This document shows, one piece after another, positions 9,069-19,437 of a stretch of 64,000 bases of DNA. The position numbers were made by a program, and so were the translations under genes. Numbering within the stretch: position 1 is the first letter of the stretch; the number at the start of each line of letters is the position of its first letter. The stretch is from Acidobacteriota bacterium. Its GTDB lineage: Bacteria; Acidobacteriota; UBA890; WLXD01. The DNA is taken from contig CAXWPL010000005.1 in NCBI GenBank assembly GCA_963666215.2, positions 800,001-864,000 of the forward strand, read 5' to 3'. The notes under the pieces were generated by a model. The model searched no databases. It saw only the letters and a list, made by a program, of their open reading frames with translations, and was not told where the DNA came from.

Positions 9069-10418
9069 TCAGTCAGGAGCCAGCCAGCCGGTGCGCCCTG
9101 CTGCCGTGCGCACCCAGCGAAAGTCGTCGAACTCCCCGAAGATCTCGACCTCGCCGGGTGGGATCTCGTCGACGACGGGAGCGCTCAATCGAGGCCGCAG
9201 ATACATCGTCCCGGCGTCCACCAACCTCTCGGTAGCGATTGGCGCGTCAATCGACACGACCTGGCGCGACGATACGTACCCCACCACACCGTCCGGGAGC
9301 CGGACTCGAAAATACGACGACGACGCCCCCAGGACGGTCACCGGTGTATGGCGCTGGAGGAAACCCAGCGGCTCGCCGCTGGAGGTCGCGCGGCTGCGCA
9401 ATGCACTGTCGGGGATCTCTATGCGAGCCCAGCCACCCACCATAGCCGGGTCGGCCGTCACGAGCGCAGGCTCGCGCCGCGGCTGCGTGAGAAAATGACG
9501 CGGATCAACGGGTCCCTCGCCGCGCGCATAAACGCCGAAATGCAGATGCGGGCGCGTCGTGCGAGCGTTGCCGGTGTTGCCCACACGGCCGACGATATCG
9601 CCGGGCTCGACCCACGTCCCCTGCACAGCTTCCTGCACCTCAAGATGGGCGTAGTAGAGCGTGATCGAACGCTCCTCGTCGCGCAGCCAAACCACATTGC
9701 CACCGAGCTCTCGCTCCTCCACCCGACTGACGTACGCGCGCGATGTAGAAACGGCCAGCGTGCCGCGCGACGCGAAGATGTCGACCCCGTGATGCTGCCG
9801 CCGGCCGGCGTCGCGCGGCGCGCCGAATCCACTCCGAATCGAGCTGGTGGAGTGTCCTTCTACTGGAAACTCGAGCGATGCCACCGAGCGGATAGCCACC
9901 GAATAGCGACCGCTGCGGAGGAGCTCGGGTTGCACCCGCAAGAAGTACTCGGCGTCCCGGCGGGGCTCGAACGCAAGTCGATTCGTTCCCTCCTCGCCGC
10001 TCGCGACGTGCCGCGGTGCCTCTCCCGCCGTGCTCGGTGCGCGGAACAGGTCGAGAAACACGCGAGCCTGAGCCTCGTCCTCGAGATCGAGCATCACCTC
10101 GACGCGCTGGCCACGGCGAACGGCGAAGCGAAACCCGACGCCGGTGGCCGCGGCGGCATCGAAGAATGCCGTTTCGCGGAATGGCAGGTCAACACCCACC
10201 GGCCGCGCCAGAGCAGCTTGGGCCGCGGCGCTCCAGTCCCGCCCGAGGGCGGTGTCGGCCAGGCCGGCGACTTCGAGCCCGTGACGGTAGGCGTCGTGCG
10301 CGTCGGTCGGCAGATAGGGCGGGGGGACGATCTCCTCGGTACGACAGCCCCAAGCGCTTCCACAGACGATGACGAGTGTGGCAAAGGCCGCGAGTCGAAG
10401 GCGTGGAGCGGTGGTCAC
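9069..10418 (-). CDS. M23 family peptidoglycan peptidase lipoprotein with C-terminal SH3-like domains (start re-assigned to GTG 10418)
   Basis: HHGVDIFA, YYAHL, GNTGNA, PHLHFG; lipobox SAWGC. Confidence 0.85.
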   Translation of the reverse strand: MTTAPRLRLAAFATLVIVCGSAWGCRTEEIVPPPYLPTDAHDAYRHGLEVAGLADTALGRDWSAAAQAALARPVGVDLPFRETAFFDAAAATGVGFRFAVRRGQRVEVMLDLEDEAQARVFLDLFRAPSTAGEAPRHVASGEEGTNRLAFEPRRDAEYFLRVQPELLRSGRYSVAIRSVASLEFPVEGHSTSSIRSGFGAPRDAGRRQHHGVDIFASRGTLAVSTSRAYVSRVEERELGGNVVWLRDEERSITLYYAHLEVQEAVQGTWVEPGDIVGRVGNTGNARTTRPHLHFGVYARGEGPVDPRHFLTQPRREPALVTADPAMVGGWARIEIPDSALRSRATSSGEPLGFLQRHTPVTVLGASSSYFRVRLPDGVVGYVSSRQVVSIDAPIATERLVDAGTMYLRPRLSAPVVDEIPPGEVEIFGEFDDFRWVRTAAGRTGWLAPD

Positions 10419-10579
10419 GAGCTTGAACAGGTCCGTGGGTGGTGACGCGAGATGATTCGTGAGCTGTAAGGAACAGAGGATGCCCTCCGCGCTCCGGCGG
10501 TTCCAGTCGAAGGTGCAGGTGTGCGCGCCGAAGGGAGCCGCGAGACCTGGCGAGCGGAAACCATCGGTGGCGGCTCGAG

Positions 10580-11368
10580 CTACCGGCCGCGTCGTCGGAA
10601 CAACGGTTGCGACCGCCAACCGGCTTGATAGAGCGCGTAGCGACCCAGCAGCGCGAGCGTGGCAAACGAGTAGCGAGCGCTATGGGAGAACGAGATACTG
10701 CTCGACTCAGGCCCGTAGTGAGTCGGGACCGGCACGCTACCAACGCGCAATCCGTGCACGCGAGCCTGCACCAGCAGCTGCTGGTCGAAAACAAAGTCGT
10801 CGGATGCCGCCTCGAAGTCCAGTCGCTCGAGCACTCGCCGGTAATAGGCACGGAAGCCAGTGTGATACTCGGGTAGGTTGAGGCCCAACACGACGTTCTC
10901 GATCAACGTCAACGCTCGATTCGCGAAGTACTTGATGGCTGGCATCCCCCCGGCCAGTACCTCCCCACGGCGGCGGATTCTCGAGCCCAGCACGATGTCC
11001 ACGACGTCGGCATCGAGGAAGCCGACCATGTGTGGAATCAGCGAGCCATCGTATTGATTGTCGGGATGCAGCATGACGATGACGTCGGCGTCGGTCTCGA
11101 GCGCCAGGAGATAGCACGTCTTCTGGTTGGCGCCATACCCCCGGTTGCGCTCGTGCCGGTGCACGTAGATGCCCATTCCCCTCGCCACGTCAACGGTGGC
11201 GTCTGTGCTCGTGTCGTCGACCAAGATGACGCAGCCGCGAAGGCTCGGCGGCACACGATCCAACGTCGGGCCGACCGTCTCCGCGGCGTTGTAGGCTGGC
11301 AGCACGATGCACAGCCGGCTGCTCGAACCCATATCGGGAGCGACAACCGTCGGTTTGGAATCGGGCAT
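10580..11368 (-). CDS. Glycosyltransferase family 2 (DPM1-like)
   Basis: VLPAYNAA, VDDTSTD, NRGYGANQK, HPDNQY, EYHTGFRAY; start re-assigned to ATG 11368. Confidence 0.9.
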   Translation of the reverse strand: MPDSKPTVVAPDMGSSSRLCIVLPAYNAAETVGPTLDRVPPSLRGCVILVDDTSTDATVDVARGMGIYVHRHERNRGYGANQKTCYLLALETDADVIVMLHPDNQYDGSLIPHMVGFLDADVVDIVLGSRIRRRGEVLAGGMPAIKYFANRALTLIENVVLGLNLPEYHTGFRAYYRRVLERLDFEAASDDFVFDQQLLVQARVHGLRVGSVPVPTHYGPESSSISFSHSARYSFATLALLGRYALYQAGWRSQPLFRRRGR

Positions 11369-11496
11369 GTCACAAGGGCTCTGGACCGAGGCATCCACGA
11401 CCCGGATAATACAGCCCGCGGCGGCGCGACCGTGGCGGACGTCCCGTCTGCGTGCCAAGCGCCACCAGCGACCCTTTCTAGAAGCGAGGCCACCGA

Positions 11497-12597
11497 GTGC
11501 ATCTCAGCGATCCGAAGCCGCGATGTCGGGTCCGGTGTCTCGTCGTGCTGTTCATCGGATCTAACCTGCTCGCTGCCTCGTGGACCCACTCCGCAATCGC
11601 ACAGAACGAGATCGACGCCTTCATGCAACGGGTGCTGCAGCGCCGCGAGGTGGCCTGGCAGGCGCTGTCGGAGCACGTCTTCAACGAGCGTATCTCGACG
11701 GAGATCGAGGGCCCCCTGGCTGTGGCGCTGGGCAATCGGGTGCGCGAATACTCGTGGTTTGTGCGCGACGGGTTCTTGGTTCGCAGTCCCATCACGATCG
11801 ACGGCGCGACCGTTGGGGTCGACGACCGCAACGACTACGAGCGGCGCTGGCTCGAGCGCGAGCGCGAGCGCGGGATCGCGGCGCGTCGCACTGCGGAGCG
11901 TGGTAGCAGCGTCGACGGCGCCGTCGACACCTCCACGGCCGCGGCATCCCCGGGACTCGCAGCGGCGGGCTCGCAGGCAACCAAGGTCTCGCTCGACATG
12001 CAGGGAGCCGTCGAGCGCGAGTACTTCCTCGGCTTCCGCTTCGAGCCGGGGAACTACGTTCTCGCCGGTCGCGAGACACTCGACGGACGCTCGGTGCTGC
12101 GAATCGAGTACTACCCGCGCAAGATGTTCGCTGGCGAGAATCGTCCGGCGTTCTGGGAGCTCGGCGACCCGGGTCCGGCCGCAGAAGGCGGCTCGCACGA
12201 CGAAGGCCGGGAAACGCGTGGCGACGAGGCCGCCCCCGAGCGATCCACAGACGAAGAGCGGGTCTTCGGCTTCGACGAGCACGCCGCGCGCAAGTTCAAC
12301 AAGACGACGCTGGTCACCTTGTGGATCGATCCCGAAATCGAACAGATCGTGCGCATCGTTTTCGACAACGTTGGCGATGAGTTCTTGCGCGTTTCGCTCC
12401 TCGTGCGCGTCCAGAACGTCCGCGCAACGATGACGATGCACGAGCCCATCGAGGGCGTTTGGCTGCCGCGTGACATCGAGCTTGTGGCGAGCGCCCTCGC
12501 GGCGACCGGAGAGTACGAGGTGACCTACCGTCGCGCGTTCTCCGACTACAAGCGCGCCGACGTGTCCAGCGGCGTGCGCTTCACTCAGCCACGCTAG
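11497..12597 (+). CDS. Secreted hypothetical protein, beta-rich (possibly LolA/MucB-like fold)
   Basis: Signal peptide; GRETLDGRSVLRIEYYP, LWIDP, GVWLP..FSDYKR pattern. Confidence 0.6.
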   Translation: MHLSDPKPRCRVRCLVVLFIGSNLLAASWTHSAIAQNEIDAFMQRVLQRREVAWQALSEHVFNERISTEIEGPLAVALGNRVREYSWFVRDGFLVRSPITIDGATVGVDDRNDYERRWLERERERGIAARRTAERGSSVDGAVDTSTAAASPGLAAAGSQATKVSLDMQGAVEREYFLGFRFEPGNYVLAGRETLDGRSVLRIEYYPRKMFAGENRPAFWELGDPGPAAEGGSHDEGRETRGDEAAPERSTDEERVFGFDEHAARKFNKTTLVTLWIDPEIEQIVRIVFDNVGDEFLRVSLLVRVQNVRATMTMHEPIEGVWLPRDIELVASALAATGEYEVTYRRAFSDYKRADVSSGVRFTQPR

Positions 12598-12712
12598 CCG
12601 CGTCCGCGCTTCCGCGTTTGCACTTCGCGGGTTCGCGCGTTCACGTTGCGCCTTGGCAGGTTCGCGTTCGCGCTTTGGCGCGTTCGCGCATTCGCGCTTT
12701 GGCGCGTTCGAT
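12598..12712. repeat. Degenerate ~7-bp tandem repeat (CGCGYTT-like) including a 20-bp direct repeat TTCGCGCTTTGGCGCGTTCG x2
   Basis: Read directly in the intergenic region before proline dehydrogenase. Confidence 0.65.
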
Positions 12713-12745
12713 AGAACAGCAATCGATCGGCTATGATCGCGCGCC

Positions 12746-13672
12746 ATGAACCCCATGCGCACACTCCTGCTCGGCATGGCCGACTCCCCCACCTGCAAGC
12801 GATTGCTCACCGGCTGGGGCGTGACCCGCCGCGTAGTCAAGCGCTTCGTCCCGGGCGAAACGCTCGACGAAGCGGCGGCGGCGGTAGCGCAAGTCAATGC
12901 CGAAGGTCTCACGGCCACAATGAACCCGCTGGGCGAGAACGTCGCCAATGAGGCCACGGCCACCGCGTCCACCAACGCCTACATCGAGATCCTCGACCGG
13001 ATTGCCGCCGATGGGCTCGGCTCCAATATCTCGGTCAAGCTCACGATGCTCGGCCTCGATCTCGGGCACGACATCGCCATCGCCAACCTGCGCCGCGTGC
13101 TGCAGGCTGCGGAACGCCACGACAACTTCGTGCGTATCGACATGGAGGCATCGCCCTACGTCGAGTCGACCCTCGAGATCTTTCGAGAGCTTCGCGCCGA
13201 TCACCCCAAGGTCGGGGCGGTGATCCAGACCTATCTGCGCCGAAGCGGCGACGATATCGAGGCGCTGATCAGCGAAGGCGCGTCGGTCCGCGTCGTCAAA
13301 GGCGCATACAACGAGCCCCCCGAGGTCGCTTTCCCCGACAAGGCCGACGTCGACCGCAACTTCGTGGCCATCCTCGATCGCCTGGCACGAGCGGACGCGC
13401 GCGAAAACGGTGTGCGGGTTGCAATCGGATCCCACGACCCGGCGATCCTGGCGAAAGGCTCCGAGCTGATCGAGAGTCAGGGTATCGAGGCCGGCTGGGA
13501 GTTCCAGATGCTCTACGGCATCGGCAAGCAGCATCAGCGCGAGCTCGCCGCAGCCGGTCACGACGTGCGAATTTACGTGAGCTACGGGGTCGCCTGGTAC
13601 CCGTGGTTCATGCGGCGTCTCGCCGAACGGCCGGCCAACGTCCTGTTCTTCCTGCGCCACCTCTTCGGTTGA
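12746..13672 (+). CDS. Monofunctional proline dehydrogenase
   Basis: RFVPGE, ISVKLT, RIDME, VKGAYNEP, EFQMLYG, YVSYG..WFMRRLAERPAN. Confidence 0.93.
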   Translation: MNPMRTLLLGMADSPTCKRLLTGWGVTRRVVKRFVPGETLDEAAAAVAQVNAEGLTATMNPLGENVANEATATASTNAYIEILDRIAADGLGSNISVKLTMLGLDLGHDIAIANLRRVLQAAERHDNFVRIDMEASPYVESTLEIFRELRADHPKVGAVIQTYLRRSGDDIEALISEGASVRVVKGAYNEPPEVAFPDKADVDRNFVAILDRLARADARENGVRVAIGSHDPAILAKGSELIESQGIEAGWEFQMLYGIGKQHQRELAAAGHDVRIYVSYGVAWYPWFMRRLAERPANVLFFLRHLFG

Positions 13673-13712
13673 GCCCAATCGGGCCGATCAATCTCTTCAT
13701 GTGGGTCGCCTT

Positions 13713-15224
13713 CTAGAAGGCGGTCGCCACGGCCACCTCCACCGCGCTCAGCACGGGCTGCGGATACAACCCCAGCACGAGCACGAGCAGCGCCAGCAGC
13801 GCCAGCAGCGCGAGACCCGGCAACGGTGCGCTCCGATCGAGCTCGCGGTGCTCCGGCTCGCGCAAATAGGCCGCCACGACCACCCTCAGGTAGATGTAGA
13901 GCCCAATCGCGCTCGCCAGCACCATCGAAACCGCCAGCAGCGCGCTGCCGGCCCGAATGGCTGCCGCGAGCACCGCGAACTTGGCGAAAAAACCGACCGT
14001 CGGCGGGATGCCGGCCAACGACAGCATCGCCACCCCGAGCACGGCGGCGGCGAGCGGCCGGCGCTGTGCCAGGCCGCAGAGGTCGCTGACGTCGGTGAGC
14101 TGATTGCGCGGGTCGGCCCCGAGCACCGTGACAAGACCGAGAGCGATCAGCGTCGTCGGGACATACCCGAGCATGTAGAACGTGGCGGCAGCAGCACCGA
14201 CTTCTCCTCCCACGATCACGCCCACGAGGACGTAGCCGAGGTGGCCGACCGCGGAATAGCCCAGCAGCCGCCTGAGATCGGGCTGCAACAGTGCCAGTAG
14301 ATTGCCCCCGAGCATCGTCGCCACAGCCAGCAGAGTCAGCGCCCCCTGCAGTAGCGCGGCGGCACTGTCCGCAGCCCCACCGCCCAGCACGCCCTCGATG
14401 CCGGCCGGCGCCAGCGCGCGCAACATCGCCGCGACAACCGCGGCCTTGGATCCGGTGGCCAGCAGCATCGCCACCGGTGTCGGCGCACCCTCGTAGACGT
14501 CGGGCGACCACATGTGAAATGGAACCACGGCGAGCTTGAACGCGAAGCCCACCACCAGCAGACCGGCCGCTGCCAACGCCCAGAGCGACCCGACGGCAAC
14601 ACCCGGCGACGCCCCTCCGGCCAGAGTCCCCGACGACAGCAACCCGGCGATCGCCGGACGCATCTCCAACGTTCCGGTTGCGGCGTAGGTGAGCGCGATC
14701 CCGAACAACAAGAACGCCGAAGAAATCGACGCCAGCACGAGGTACTTGGCCGCGGCCTCGAGAGAGGCTCGCACGGTGGTGAGGTGTCCAATCAACGCGT
14801 ACAGCGAAACCGAGAGGATCTCGAGCCCCAGAAACAGACCGGCGAAGTGTGTGCTCGAGGCGAGCGCCGCCATGCCGACCGCGGCAAACAAGATCAGGCT
14901 GTAGAACGCCTCCGACTCGCTGTCGCGGCGCCGCAGGTAATCTCCCGAGAGAGCCGTCACCACGACTACTGAGCCATACAGCAGCACCATGAGCAACCGT
15001 GAGTAGGCGTCGAATCTCAGAATCTCGGTGAGACCCCCCGCCGCCCCAGCGACAGATCCAACAGGGGTTGTCAGCAGCACCGTCACCAGCGACAGCAGCC
15101 CGCCCACCAACGTGACCCCGCGCAACGACACTCGACTCCCCGCCGCTCCGAGCAGCATCACCGCGGTGCCGGCGAGCGTCGGAACGAGGTACGGGAGCAG
15201 CGGCCAGACGTCGGCGAGCGTCAT
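13713..15224 (-). CDS. nuoN: NADH-quinone oxidoreductase subunit N
   Basis: FKLAVVPFHMWSPDVYEGAP, SLAGIPPTVGFFAK; operon position. Confidence 0.95.
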   Translation of the reverse strand: MTLADVWPLLPYLVPTLAGTAVMLLGAAGSRVSLRGVTLVGGLLSLVTVLLTTPVGSVAGAAGGLTEILRFDAYSRLLMVLLYGSVVVVTALSGDYLRRRDSESEAFYSLILFAAVGMAALASSTHFAGLFLGLEILSVSLYALIGHLTTVRASLEAAAKYLVLASISSAFLLFGIALTYAATGTLEMRPAIAGLLSSGTLAGGASPGVAVGSLWALAAAGLLVVGFAFKLAVVPFHMWSPDVYEGAPTPVAMLLATGSKAAVVAAMLRALAPAGIEGVLGGGAADSAAALLQGALTLLAVATMLGGNLLALLQPDLRRLLGYSAVGHLGYVLVGVIVGGEVGAAAATFYMLGYVPTTLIALGLVTVLGADPRNQLTDVSDLCGLAQRRPLAAAVLGVAMLSLAGIPPTVGFFAKFAVLAAAIRAGSALLAVSMVLASAIGLYIYLRVVVAAYLREPEHRELDRSAPLPGLALLALLALLVLVLGLYPQPVLSAVEVAVATAF

Positions 15225-16948
15225 CGCGCCGCCTCCCGGGACGTCGTGGCCGCGGGCTCGGTCTGTTCGACGGGAACGGCCAGTTTGGCGAGATCGGCCA
15301 GTTCGGCCGGATCGGCGGGATCGGCGGGATCGGCCAGTTTGGCAGGATCGGCAAACAAGGTCGGCACTATCTCGACGGGCGCCGCGAACGCCACTAGATC
15401 CCTTCCGGAGAGGCCAATCTCAGGGTCGGCGGGCCGAAAAGCGCTGTCTGCGGCGAGAACGCCCGAGAGTGCCGAGCGTGTGGCGTCGATCCATGGCTGC
15501 GGCCAAACACCGATCGCCACGATCAGCAGCACCAAAACGCCCACAACCAGCGTCTCGCGGAAATCGAGATCGGGCACTGGCGGCCGCGGCTCGACGGACT
15601 TGCGAGGCTCGTAGAACGTGCGCTGCATCAGCGCGAGGCCCGGCACCGTTCCCACGACGATGCCGACGATCGCAGCCATGACCCAGCCCGGGTAGACACG
15701 GAAGGAGCCCAGGAGCACCAAAAACTCGCCCACGAAATTGCCGAGGCCGGGGAGCCCGATGTTGGCCAGCGTGAACACCAGCGCCGCGACGCCCAGCCTG
15801 GGCAACGGCCCCCACAGCTCGCCGAGATCCGCGAACGAGCGGCTGTGCACTCGATCCTTGACGATCCCGGCCACCACGAACAGTCCGGCGGTGGTAATTC
15901 CGTGCGCCAGCATCTGCATCACGGCGCCCTGCAGGCCCTCCAAGCTCCAAGCAGCAATCCCGAGCATGACAAAGCCCATGTGAGCGACGCTCGAGTAGGC
16001 GATCATGCGCTTCAAATCGGTCTGTGTAAGGGCGAGGAAGGCCCCATAGAACACGCCCACAACCGCCAACCCGGCGAGCAACCCGGAGAGCTCCTGGGCG
16101 CCACGCGGCACCAACGGCACGGCGAAGCGAATCAGGCCATAACCTCCGGTCTTCAGCAGCAAGCCGGCGAGCAGAATGCTGCCGCCGGTGGGCGCCTCAC
16201 CATGCGCATCGGGAAGCCAGCCGTGGAGCGGGAATACGGGTAGCTTGACGGCGAACGCGACGATGAACCCGAGAGCCAGCCACCACGACAGCTGCGGGTC
16301 CAGGGTGGTGCCGAGCAACTCGGTGTAGCTGGTCGTGAAGTTGCCCGCTTGCGCACCGTGCGCGTAGTACAGCGTGACAATCGACACCAGCAGGGCCAGT
16401 CCGCTGACCAGCGTAAAGAGCACGAACTTCAACGCGGCGTAGATTCGGCGCTCGTGCCCCCACATGCCGATGAGGAAGTACATCGGCACCAGCATCAGCT
16501 CCCAGAAGAAGTAGAACAGGAACAGATCATAGGCGAGGAAAACGCCCATGATCCCCGACAGGGTCGCCAGCAGGCACAAGTAGTAGGCGCCGCAGCGCTC
16601 GGTGATCTCCCGCCACGACGAGAGAACCGCGATCGTGCCGAGCAACGCGGTGAGCAGCACGAACACGAGGCTGAGGCCGTCGAGCCCGAGCTGAAACTCG
16701 ATCCCGAAGCTCGGTACCCACTCGAAACGCTCTCTCAGCAGAAGCGGCTGCGCAGCTCCAACGGACCCGAGCGTCGCCCGCGGCGCCAGCGCCAGCGCCA
16801 CCACCGTCGCGATCGTCAGCTCGGCCCCCATCGTTGCTAGGGCGGCCACACGCGCGAGCCTGGGGGATCGTCGACCAGCCACCAGGGCAACCACTCCGCC
16901 GGCCAGCGGCAGCAGCACCAACAGCGTCAAGATGCCTTCCGCCCCCAC
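15221..16948 (-). CDS. nuoM: NADH-quinone oxidoreductase subunit M (start GTG 16948) with low-complexity C-tail
   Basis: FFWELMLVPMYFLIG, WLPDAHGEAP, GLPGLGNFVGE. Confidence 0.95.
   Translation of the reverse strand: MGAEGILTLLVLLPLAGGVVALVAGRRSPRLARVAALATMGAELTIATVVALALAPRATLGSVGAAQPLLLRERFEWVPSFGIEFQLGLDGLSLVFVLLTALLGTIAVLSSWREITERCGAYYLCLLATLSGIMGVFLAYDLFLFYFFWELMLVPMYFLIGMWGHERRIYAALKFVLFTLVSGLALLVSIVTLYYAHGAQAGNFTTSYTELLGTTLDPQLSWWLALGFIVAFAVKLPVFPLHGWLPDAHGEAPTGGSILLAGLLLKTGGYGLIRFAVPLVPRGAQELSGLLAGLAVVGVFYGAFLALTQTDLKRMIAYSSVAHMGFVMLGIAAWSLEGLQGAVMQMLAHGITTAGLFVVAGIVKDRVHSRSFADLGELWGPLPRLGVAALVFTLANIGLPGLGNFVGEFLVLLGSFRVYPGWVMAAIVGIVVGTVPGLALMQRTFYEPRKSVEPRPPVPDLDFRETLVVGVLVLLIVAIGVWPQPWIDATRSALSGVLAADSAFRPADPEIGLSGRDLVAFAAPVEIVPTLFADPAKLADPADPADPAELADLAKLAVPVEQTEPAATTSREAAR
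15281..15352. repeat. 9-bp tandem repeat encoding DPA/KLA units in the NuoM tail
   Basis: DPAKLADPADPADPAELADLAKLA. Confidence 0.6.
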
Positions 16949-16952
16949 CCGC

Positions 16953-19115
16953 TCAGCCTCCGGCGCCGGTGGGCCATAGCGGCAACAGCTCCGACCACAG
17001 CCACACGGTGAGCAGCGCCAGAACGCCGAGCAACAGCGCCGCAACGTAGGTCTGCAGACGCCCGGTTTGCGTGCGCGCCACCAGCCGATGTGCCCAGCCC
17101 ACACCACGAGCGCCGCCAAGCACCGCTCGGTCGGCCGGGTCGCTGCGCAACAGCAAGGCCATCGTCGTGTAGGTCTGTCCCACCATCGCGTCGGCGACTT
17201 CGTCTGCAAACCAGCCCGCGGCCCACACCTGCCGCAGCCTGGTGAGGATGGGACTGGCCCGCAACAATCGACGAATCCCCGGATTGAGGAAATAGAGCCA
17301 GAAACCCAGCAGGAGGCCGGCAACTACCGCGGCCGACGACACGCTCATCAGCCGCAGCTCGAGGGCGTGTTCCGCTTCGGCCGCCAGCGCCGACCCTTCG
17401 CCGTCCGAGCGCGCGCGCAATGTCAAACCACCGGGCGACAGAAAGGCGGGCCCGATGAACTGCTCGAAGGCGTGCACACCGCCAAGCCGCTCGGGAGTCT
17501 GGACAAACCCAGCGAACAGGGCGCCGACGGCCAGAGGAACGCACGTCCACAAGAGCCATCTCGAGGGCCTATGCAGAGCGCTCGAATGGCCCGAGCCCAC
17601 ATCGACATCTGGATCCGCTGCCCGCTCACTGGCCCCCTCGCCCCAGAAAACCAGCAGATACCAGCGCATGCTGTACAGGGCGGTAATCGCTGCTGTCAAC
17701 ACGAGCACCGCCCACATCGAGGCGTTACCAATGGGCGCCTGGTAGGCCCCCCACAAGATCTGGTCCTTGGAGTAGAACCCTGATGTCACCAATGGCACGC
17801 CGGCGAGTGCCGCCGCGCCGATCCCAGCGAGCATCGTCAACATCGGTAGGCGGCGCGCAAGCCCGCCCATGCGGGTGATGTCCGTCTCCCCGTCGAGCGA
17901 GTGCGTCACCGAGCCGGCGCTCAGGAAGAGCAGTGCCTTGAAGAAGGCGTGCGTGAAGAAGTGGAACATCGCCGCGACGAACGCACCCACTCCGAGCGCC
18001 GTGAACATGAAGCCGATCTGGCTGATGGTCGAGTAGGCCAACACGCGCTTGATGTCCCGTTGGCCCAGAGCGGAGCAGGCTGCCGAGATCGCGGTGATTG
18101 TGCCCAGCGTGGCTGTCATCGCGAGGACGGCGGGCGCGAACAGGAACAGGGTGTGGCAGCGGGCAATCAGGTAGACGCCGGCGGTCACCATCGTTGCGGC
18201 GTGCAAGAGGGCGCTAACTGGCGTCGGGCCGGCCATGGCGTCGGGCAGCCAGATCTGCAGCGGGACCTGCGCCGATTTGCCCAACGCGGCCAACAGAAGG
18301 AGCCCGGCAACGGCCAGGGCGATGGGATGACCCGGCTGCCAAACCACGGTGACGCGCTCGAGAATCTCGGCAATACGCAAGGTCCCGAAATTCCAAGCCA
18401 ACACCAACATCGCCAGCAGGAAAGCGGCGTCGCCGATGCGTGTGACGATGAAGGCCTTGCGCGCCGCCGCGCCGTTCGCCGGCTTGTCATACCAAAAACC
18501 GATCAGCAGGTACGAACAGGCACCTACCCCTTCCCAGCCCACGAAGAGAGTCATCAATCCGTCGCCGAGAACGAGCAGCAGCATGGCGGCGCAGAACAGG
18601 TTCAGGTAGCAGAAGAAGCGCCCGAGGTCGCGTTCGTCGGCCATGTAGGCGGCGGCGTAGAGGTGGATCAGCAGCCCGACACTGGTGATGACCAGCACCA
18701 TCAGCACCGACAGCGGGTCGAGCCACAGGCTGAAATCCAGGGCGATCCCGCCGGTATCGATCCAGGTGTAGAGCGTTTCGCGGACGTAGGGCATGCCGGT
18801 GACCCAGCGGTCGACCGAAGCGGCGGCCTGCGGCGACAACAAACCGGCCGCCTGATTCCCGGCTACCGCGGCCGCGAGTGCGGCCGGCCCCTGCGCCGGA
18901 GCCGCGCCGAACGTCACCGCGAACAGGGGCCAGCTAGCCAGTACCCCCGCCACTAGGGAACCGCCGACCGCACAGCAGGCGACCGCGGAGATCGCCGCAC
19001 GCAGCGCGCGGCCGTCGTCGACCCGCGAGCTCTTGGCTCGTGATGCCAGTGCGGCGCAGATCAGGCCGCCAAGAAGCGGTGCGGCGACAATCGTCCAGAG
19101 GGGAACCGACGGCAT
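16953..19115 (-). CDS. nuoL: NADH-quinone oxidoreductase subunit L (start ATG 19115)
   Basis: GWEGVG, GKSAQVPLQIWLPDAMAGPTPVSALLHAATMV, HAFFKALLF. Confidence 0.95.
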   Translation of the reverse strand: MPSVPLWTIVAAPLLGGLICAALASRAKSSRVDDGRALRAAISAVACCAVGGSLVAGVLASWPLFAVTFGAAPAQGPAALAAAVAGNQAAGLLSPQAAASVDRWVTGMPYVRETLYTWIDTGGIALDFSLWLDPLSVLMVLVITSVGLLIHLYAAAYMADERDLGRFFCYLNLFCAAMLLLVLGDGLMTLFVGWEGVGACSYLLIGFWYDKPANGAAARKAFIVTRIGDAAFLLAMLVLAWNFGTLRIAEILERVTVVWQPGHPIALAVAGLLLLAALGKSAQVPLQIWLPDAMAGPTPVSALLHAATMVTAGVYLIARCHTLFLFAPAVLAMTATLGTITAISAACSALGQRDIKRVLAYSTISQIGFMFTALGVGAFVAAMFHFFTHAFFKALLFLSAGSVTHSLDGETDITRMGGLARRLPMLTMLAGIGAAALAGVPLVTSGFYSKDQILWGAYQAPIGNASMWAVLVLTAAITALYSMRWYLLVFWGEGASERAADPDVDVGSGHSSALHRPSRWLLWTCVPLAVGALFAGFVQTPERLGGVHAFEQFIGPAFLSPGGLTLRARSDGEGSALAAEAEHALELRLMSVSSAAVVAGLLLGFWLYFLNPGIRRLLRASPILTRLRQVWAAGWFADEVADAMVGQTYTTMALLLRSDPADRAVLGGARGVGWAHRLVARTQTGRLQTYVAALLLGVLALLTVWLWSELLPLWPTGAGG

Positions 19116-19119
19116 CAGA

Positions 19120-19437
19120 TCATCCTCGCAGTCGGTCGAGACCGGAGGTGTCGACGCTTCCGGTGACAGCGCGAATGCGCAGCAAGAGCGCCAACCCCAC
19201 AGCAACCTCTGCGGCCGCCATGGTCATGATGAACAGAACGAAAATCTGGCCGTCGGGCTGCTGCCACCGCGCCCCTGCGCCCACGAAGGCAACGGCGGCG
19301 CCGTTGAGCATCACCTCAATGCTGACCAGAACGAACAGGAGGTTGCGTCGTCGTAGCGCTCCGAAGGCGCCCACGGCCAGCAGCGCGGCGCCCAGAAGAA
19401 GAACGTGCTCGAGCGGCACAGCCGCGCTGGCGCTCAC
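19120..19437 (-). CDS. nuoK: NADH-quinone oxidoreductase subunit K (GTG 19437)
   Basis: RRNLLFVLVSIEVMLN, AAAEVAVGLAL; GTGA overlap with the nuoJ stop. Confidence 0.95.
   Translation of the reverse strand: MSASAAVPLEHVLLLGAALLAVGAFGALRRRNLLFVLVSIEVMLNGAAVAFVGAGARWQQPDGQIFVLFIMTMAAAEVAVGLALLLRIRAVTGSVDTSGLDRLRG

Noticed and set aside
11038-12975. 645-aa minus-strand ORF
   Set aside because: Shadow of the 11497 gene and proline dehydrogenase; no motifs; expected in GC-rich DNA
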